Part shown: one piece after another, positions 58,732 through 64,000 of the stretch
How positions within the stretch are numbered: position 1 is the stretch's first letter
Layout: each line of letters opens with the position of its first letter
Origin: an uncultured Planctomycetaceae bacterium
GTDB lineage: Bacteria; Planctomycetota; Phycisphaerae; SM23-33
NCBI GenBank assembly: GCA_964531695.1
Contig: CAZHEH010000004.1
Location: forward strand, 68,232-132,231
Length of the DNA stretch: 64,000 nt
Reading direction: 5' to 3'
Translations under genes and position numbers: made by a program
Notes under the pieces: generated by a model
Seen by the model: the letters and a program-made list of their open reading frames with translations, nothing else
Told to the model about the DNA's origin: nothing
Database searches by the model: none

Positions 58732-58974
58732 CTACACGAGGGCGGGCTGGCGATCCATCGCCGCCTTCGCGTAGTCCGAAAGGTCAAGCCCGGTGTACCC
58801 GCCTCCCAGCGCCTGAACGCGGGCCAGTCTCGTCGCCAGTTCTCGCAGGCGCTGCCGGTGCCTGTTTTCCAAGTTCTCAGGCGTGCCGAGCCGGCGCCGC
58901 AGTTCCGCAAGAGACGCGCTTTGGCTTCCGTGCCGCGGTCGCGTCCCGGCCTTGGGCGACTGGGAGGCAGGCAT
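58732..58974 (-). CDS. Small hypothetical protein (80 aa) between mraZ and rsmH
   Basis: AAGGA RBS before the ATG at 58974; predicted helical and basic. Confidence 0.5.
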   Translation of the reverse strand: MPASQSPKAGTRPRHGSQSASLAELRRRLGTPENLENRHRQRLRELATRLARVQALGGGYTGLDLSDYAKAAMDRQPALV

Positions 58975-59039
58975 GGTCGAATCCTTTCGCACCGGGGTAT
59001 CGTTCGTTCCGCCGGTCGGCCGGTCTACCGCCGACGGTA

Positions 59040-59507
59040 CTATGCCGAGTTGTCTTGTGAGGCGAGCCGCTCCGCCGCGTCGTAGAGCATCTCGCCGTAT
59101 GTCGGCAGCTCCTCGTCGAGCCGCTTGTCCCACTGATCCGCCGGCCAGATCTCGATGTGGTCGTTCATGCCGACCAGCATGACCCGATCCGACAACGACG
59201 CCCGGCTCACCGACCGCTCCGGAAGCACGATCCGCCCCTGCGAGTCCGGCTTCACCAGCCGGGCCATCGCGAACAGCAGATCGATCTTCCGCTGCTCGCG
59301 GCTCGGCAAGGGCGAGCGACGCATCGAAGCCACCAGCCGGCGGTAGTACGCGTCCGGATACAGCCACAAGTGACGATCCGGGCCCAGGATCAGGATGAAG
59401 CTCTCGCCGTCCTCCGACGGGGCGATGGACTCGCGAAGCATCGAGCTGATCGCAAGCCGCCGCTTGCTGTCGATCGTCTGCTCGAATTCTCCGACAAAGA
59501 ACGCCAT
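59040..59507 (-). CDS. mraZ: Division/cell wall regulator MraZ
   Basis: GEFEQTIDSKRRL, DSQGRIVLP and GMNDHIEIW. Confidence 0.95.
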   Translation of the reverse strand: MAFFVGEFEQTIDSKRRLAISSMLRESIAPSEDGESFILILGPDRHLWLYPDAYYRRLVASMRRSPLPSREQRKIDLLFAMARLVKPDSQGRIVLPERSVSRASLSDRVMLVGMNDHIEIWPADQWDKRLDEELPTYGEMLYDAAERLASQDNSA

Positions 59508-59545
59508 CAGTTGGTCTCGCCCGCCACCACATGGGATTGGCAGGG

Positions 59546-59575
59546 AATCTAGTCCACTATCAGGGACAGCCGCAA
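59546..59575 (-). promoter_or_regulatory. Putative dcw (mraZ) promoter
   Basis: TTGCGG-N18-TAGATT on the minus strand. Confidence 0.45.
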
Positions 59576-59839
59576 GAAAAAAACTGGAACTTCGACACTT
59601 TTCTTCAGATGGGAGCTGACCTTACAGACAGCAAACTGCCCAGCATGTGGGCCGCGAGGCCGAGCGGGCCCCGATATCTGGCCTTGGCGGCGGGTCGAGA
59701 TTTTCTTCCGGCCGCCCGTCCGGGCTGCGGCCGGCGGACCGGCCGCGATGGCGCGATCCATCGACATCGCGCCGTTTTCCTACCTTCGGCCAAACGAACG
59801 GCTGCTGATAAGAGAAACCGCGGCAGAAGGCGCCGACGC

Positions 59840-61309
59840 CTACTGGAATTCCCTCGGATGGCGCCGCTTGAGGTCGCGGATGGCGTACTCCCGGCCGGTT
59901 CTCTTGAGGTACTCGCAGTAGCTCGCCAACTGCCCGCGGGCATGGAACGGCCCGCCCTCGGAGAGTACCGTCCAAATCGGATCGGTCGCATAACCATCGA
60001 GCTGCGTAGCCATCATGTGGTCGTGCCATTCCGTCAGCTTGTGGGCCGCCTCGTGGCACACCTCCGGCCGCTCGGCCGCCAAGTCGTGCTGCTCGTGCGG
60101 GTCCTGCTCCACATTGAAGAGCATCTCGCGGGGCCACAGGTGGAACCCGTCGTGGTACGTGCGGATGTACATCCACGGGCCGAAGCGCACGCCGCGCTGG
60201 CACACATGGCAGCCCTGTCCCACGACGAGGTAGTCGCGCCCGCAGTCCTCGCCGCGAAGGACAGCGGAAGCGTAACTCTGCCCGTCCCAGCTCGGGGCCG
60301 GGGCGATCCCCCACAGGTCGCACAGCGTCGGGCCGAGGTCCAGGTTGTAGTGCAGGCCGTTGTCGACGTGCCCGGCCATGCCGCCGGGCCAGCGTACGAT
60401 CATCGGAATGCGGCACGTGACGTAGTCGGCCGTCGCGTGCTCGGCGTAGATGCCAAGCTCGCCGTGGTTCTCGCCGTGGTCGGCCGTGACGATGACGGCC
60501 AGATCGTCCATCACCCCTTGCTTCTCCAAGGCCGCCAGCAGCCGCCCGATGTGCTGGTCCATGTACGCGATGCCGCAGTCATACCCGTCGATGAGCTTCC
60601 GCAGCGCGTTCATGTCGGGCACTTCGCCGGGCTGACGGGGATGTTCCGGGCTGGTCCGGTTGTCGTACATGCTGACTTCGCGGGCACAGTGCGGGCCCAC
60701 GAGCTTCTGGTGGCTCTCGAGCACTTCCTCGCTAAGCCATTCCGGCAGCGGCTCATCCGCGAACGGATTGCCAAACTCTTCCGGCGCCCGGTACGGTGTG
60801 TGGGGATCCCAGTAGTTCACGTGGAGGAACCAGTCGTCCTTGGCGGCGTTCCGCTCGATCCAGTCCAGCGCGACCGGCGTGACCTCCTCGGCCGACTCCC
60901 CGCCACACTTGCCCGTGTTGTGGACCTCGCAGAATCCGGCGTTGAAGGTCCAAGCGCCGTGCCGCTCGGCAAAAGGGCTGATGGAACACGTATGGAGCCC
61001 GCGCTCCCACTTCATCACGCCCCACAGTCCCTCCGTGGTCAAGCGGTCGTGGAAGCTGCGGTCCGGACCCTCGATCCGCATGTCCGCGGCCGTGCCGCCG
61101 TGGCCGATCACGCCCGTATGGATGCCGAACCGCCCGCTCATCAGGGCCGTGCGCGAAGGCAGGCACGGGGCGTCCGAGCAGTAGTACTGATTGAACCGAA
61201 CGCCCTCGGAAGCGATGCGGTCGATGTTCGGCGAGGTGTTGCGGTGATATCCGTAGCAGCCCAGATGGTCCGCACGGAGCGTATCCAGGTCCAGCAGCAA
61301 AATCCTCAT
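59840..61309 (-). CDS. Formylglycine-dependent sulfatase-family protein (cytoplasmic)
   Basis: LDLDTLRADH, CLPSR (CxPxR), DPHTPY and TADHGE; no signal peptide. Confidence 0.9.
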   Translation of the reverse strand: MRILLLDLDTLRADHLGCYGYHRNTSPNIDRIASEGVRFNQYYCSDAPCLPSRTALMSGRFGIHTGVIGHGGTAADMRIEGPDRSFHDRLTTEGLWGVMKWERGLHTCSISPFAERHGAWTFNAGFCEVHNTGKCGGESAEEVTPVALDWIERNAAKDDWFLHVNYWDPHTPYRAPEEFGNPFADEPLPEWLSEEVLESHQKLVGPHCAREVSMYDNRTSPEHPRQPGEVPDMNALRKLIDGYDCGIAYMDQHIGRLLAALEKQGVMDDLAVIVTADHGENHGELGIYAEHATADYVTCRIPMIVRWPGGMAGHVDNGLHYNLDLGPTLCDLWGIAPAPSWDGQSYASAVLRGEDCGRDYLVVGQGCHVCQRGVRFGPWMYIRTYHDGFHLWPREMLFNVEQDPHEQHDLAAERPEVCHEAAHKLTEWHDHMMATQLDGYATDPIWTVLSEGGPFHARGQLASYCEYLKRTGREYAIRDLKRRHPREFQ

Positions 61310-62529
61310 TCGATGCGCTCCATTGACAAGCTCGGCCTCCGGGGCGAGAAGCGGAACGCCACGCGACGCCGGCGGCGACGTCGACGCCGGGCCGCACGAT
61401 CCAGCCGCACGCGCAGCACCTCGCCGGCAACCTCCAGGTACAGCGATTCGTGCGCCGCGACGCCGTCCGCCAGCGACGGGCGGGCACGGACCCGCTCGCG
61501 CCCGGCCTGCCCCAGACGGCGCCGCCGGGCTTCGTCCGCCCCCAGTGCCTCCACGGCCTCGGCGAGGCCCACCACATCCCGCGGCTCGACCAAACCGCCC
61601 GTCTCATCGTCGCGAACCAGCTCCATCGCGCCGGCGACCCGCGTGGCGATCACCGGCAGACCCGCCGCCATCGCCTCGGCCAGCTCCAGCGGCCAACTCT
61701 CCCAACGACTCGGCACGATCGCCATGTCGGCCGCGGCCAACACGCCGCGCAGGTCGCGCTGAAAGCCGACCCACCGGCAGTGCCGGCCACCCTCCCCATG
61801 GTCGATGAACGTCTCGACCATCGGCCGCTCGGGTCCGTCGCCCGCGATCACCAGCGCGTGCGGGTTGCCCCGCGCCGCCAGGTGCGACATCGCCGCCAGC
61901 AGAATATCGATGCCCTTGCGCTTATGCAACCGCCCGACGTAGATCGACAGCGGCGTGTCGTCCGGCACCCCCCACTCGGCCCGCAACCGATCGCGCTGCG
62001 ACATGTCGGGCTCGAAAGCGCTCGGCGCGAGCCCCGGCGACACGGACGCGTAGCGCCACGCGGGCAGGCCGCTGTGCCGGCTGTGCTCGTCCCGTACGCG
62101 CCGAGACGGACAGATCAGCCGGTCGCAACGCACGCCCATCACCCGCGCGAAGCCGAACTGCCAGGGGGCAAGCCGCCCGCCCCCCGCCTGGGCCGTGTGC
62201 ACCACGTGCGGCACGGCCGCGAAGCTCGCCGCCAGCCGCCCGGCTATGTCTGCGGCCAAGCCATGCGTGTGCAGCAGGTCCACCCTCGGTCGGCGGAACA
62301 GCGCCGCCAGCGCCGGCAGCTTCAGCGCCCATGGCGCCCGTCCGCCACTGAGGACGGTCACCGGGATGTCCGCCTCCCGCAGCCAGTCCGCCACCTCGCC
62401 CCCGGCCAGCGCCGCCACGCGGACATCGAACCGGTCCCGGTCCAGCCGCCGGGCCAGCTCGTACATACTCCGCTCCGCCCCGCCCGGGGCGAGATCGGTC
62501 ACAAGATGACAGACTCGTAATCGCCTCAT
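61306..62529 (-). CDS. GT4 glycosyltransferase
   Basis: LAPGGAERS, YVGRLHKRKG and PSRWESWPLELAEAMAAG. Confidence 0.9.
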   Translation of the reverse strand: MRRLRVCHLVTDLAPGGAERSMYELARRLDRDRFDVRVAALAGGEVADWLREADIPVTVLSGGRAPWALKLPALAALFRRPRVDLLHTHGLAADIAGRLAASFAAVPHVVHTAQAGGGRLAPWQFGFARVMGVRCDRLICPSRRVRDEHSRHSGLPAWRYASVSPGLAPSAFEPDMSQRDRLRAEWGVPDDTPLSIYVGRLHKRKGIDILLAAMSHLAARGNPHALVIAGDGPERPMVETFIDHGEGGRHCRWVGFQRDLRGVLAAADMAIVPSRWESWPLELAEAMAAGLPVIATRVAGAMELVRDDETGGLVEPRDVVGLAEAVEALGADEARRRRLGQAGRERVRARPSLADGVAAHESLYLEVAGEVLRVRLDRAARRRRRRRRRVAFRFSPRRPSLSMERIE

Positions 62530-62589
62530 CGAATCACTCTTGACGGCATCTATCATAGGCCGCTCGGCCGCCAAGGCAAGATCGGTCGG

Positions 62590-62735
62590 AGAACCCGAAT
62601 TGCAGAAGTCCGAATGACAAATCAAGCCCAAAGCCGGGAACGGCATACACGTTTTGCCAGCCCGCTTCGCGACGCGGGCCGCGATCTTCGGGCTTCGGGT
62701 CTTGGGCCGGGTTCGTCATTCGGGCTTCGGATTTT
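62590..62735. repeat. Imperfect inverted-repeat element with CTTCGGG heptamers
   Basis: AAGTCCGAATGACAAA (62606) versus TTCGTCATTCGGGCTT (62712); tandem CTTCGGG at 62686-62699. Confidence 0.6.
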
Positions 62736-62791
62736 CCGCCCTCGGCCGACAAGAATTCTCCGGCCGGCCCTTGCAGTGCCCGGTAGAATAT

Positions 62792-62806
62792 GTTAGGTGT
62801 GTGTTC
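62792..62806 (+). promoter_or_regulatory. Candidate SOS (LexA-like) box GTTA-N7-GTTC
   Basis: Direct repeat just downstream of TAGAAT (62784-89) and upstream of the dinB cassette. Confidence 0.3.
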
Positions 62807-62896
62807 GCATGCCCGGTTTGCCGGAGATCGGGCCGCTTCGTGGGACTTTTCGAGGGTCGCACCGTCTTCGGGGGGCGGGACGGCCTCGGGCGCTAC

Positions 62897-63163
62897 ATGA
62901 TGAACATCGAACGGATCGACGAGCCCATTCGCGTGCTGGCGACCTTCTCGAACGGGCAGGCCCGGCCGGTGCGGTTCCGCTGGGGGCGGCGGACCTATCC
63001 CATACAGGAGATCAACGGGAGATGGACGGACCGGGGAGAGGGCGACTCGGCCGGGGTAGCCCCCCGCCTGTGCTACAGCGTCCAGTCCGGCGACGAGACG
63101 TACTACCTCCACTTCGACACGCACGACGTGCAGTGGTGGCTGGAACAGGTCATTACCCAGTAG
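62897..63163 (+). CDS. DUF6504-like small beta-rich protein
   Basis: PVRFRWGRRTYPI..I.GRW and YYLHFD...QWWL; directly upstream of dinB; family recalled from memory. Confidence 0.7.
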   Translation: MMNIERIDEPIRVLATFSNGQARPVRFRWGRRTYPIQEINGRWTDRGEGDSAGVAPRLCYSVQSGDETYYLHFDTHDVQWWLEQVITQ

Positions 63164-63172
63164 AGCCGGGCT

Positions 63173-64000
63173 ATGAACGTGGAACGGGACAAACTCGTGC
63201 TTCACGCGGACGTGGATGCGTTCTTCGCCTCCGTGGAGCAGTTGCTCATCCCCGCACTCCGTGGCCGGCCGGTCATCGTCGGCAGCGGCTGTATCGCCTC
63301 GTGCTCCTACGGGGCGCGGGAATTCGGCCTCCGCGCCGGCATGTCGCTACGGGAGGCCAAGCGGCTCTGCCCCGAGGCGGTCATCCTCGCCGGGGATTAC
63401 CAGATCTACCGCTGCTTCGCCGAGCACACGTGGCGAATCTGCCGCCGCTACATCTGCGGGCTGGAGACGTACCTCGACGAGGCCTACGGCGACGCGACCG
63501 GCATGGAGCGAATCTACGGCGCCCCGCTCGAACTCGGCCGGAAGCTTCAGCGCGACGTCCGCGAGGAGGTCGGCCTGCCCGTCTCGGTCGGACTCGGCCC
63601 GAACCGCATGATCGCCAAGATCGCCTCGAAGTCCGCCAAGCCCGGCGGCGTGGCGTGGATCGCACCCGAGCAGGCCGCCGATGCCGTGGCCGACCTGCCC
63701 ATCCGCGATCTGCCCGGCGTGGGCTCGAAGACGGCCGCGCGCATGGACGAGATGAACATCCACACCGCCGGCGACCTCCGCGCCCTGCCGCGGGAAATGC
63801 TGCGGGCCCTGTTCGGCCGGCGGGGCGAGGTACTCCACGAGCGCTGCCGCGGTCGCGATCCGGAAGGCGCCACAAGCGCTCAAACCGGACCCCGCCGCCC
63901 GCGGACCATCTCCCGCGAAACGACCTTCCACGAGCCCACCTGCGACCGCAAGTGGATTCGCGGCATGCTGTTCTACCTCACCGAGCGCGGTATGCGGGCC
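63173..64000 (+). CDS. dinB: DNA polymerase IV (Y family), runs off the right edge
   Basis: Not in the ORF track; translated manually: LHADVDAFFASVE, IASCSYGAR, YLDEAY, AKIASKSAKP and LPGVG. Confidence 0.92.
   Translation, partial: MNVERDKLVLHADVDAFFASVEQLLIPALRGRPVIVGSGCIASCSYGAREFGLRAGMSLREAKRLCPEAVILAGDYQIYRCFAEHTWRICRRYICGLETYLDEAYGDATGMERIYGAPLELGRKLQRDVREEVGLPVSVGLGPNRMIAKIASKSAKPGGVAWIAPEQAADAVADLPIRDLPGVGSKTAARMDEMNIHTAGDLRALPREMLRALFGRRGEVLHERCRGRDPEGATSAQTGPRRPRTISRETTFHEPTCDRKWIRGMLFYLTERGMRA

Overview
GC-rich bacterial chromosomal window, most likely an anaerobic Planctomycetota (Phycisphaerae-like). Evidence for this: a PVC-restricted Minf_1886-type protein, a dcw cluster ending without ftsA/ftsZ, and Rex-controlled NuoE/F (HydC/HydB-like) genes. 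From left to right: a rex-nuoE-nuoF operon (minus) with a clear sigma70 promoter and Rex operator; a divergent, tightly coupled five-gene isoprenoid operon (ferredoxin-like protein, radical SAM enzyme resembling archaeal GDGT ring synthases, DUF116-polyprenyl synthase fusion, prenyltransferase-barrel protein, squalene-hopene cyclase-like enzyme), which is the best candidate for an undescribed system; dksA-lspA-M48-rlmN-ECF sigma cassette; leuA with a Leu-rich leader attenuator; glyA-thiE; a TPR-fused alpha-2-macroglobulin next to a 6S-like structured RNA; degP-hsp20-lon; metG and amidase; rplU; a 22-residue-repeat protein; corA; a dcw cluster with lineage-specific insertions; sulfatase and GT4; and a DUF6504-like/dinB cassette cut by the window end. 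No CRISPR array, tRNA, rRNA or transposase was recognised. All family assignments come from motifs read by eye, without database searches.
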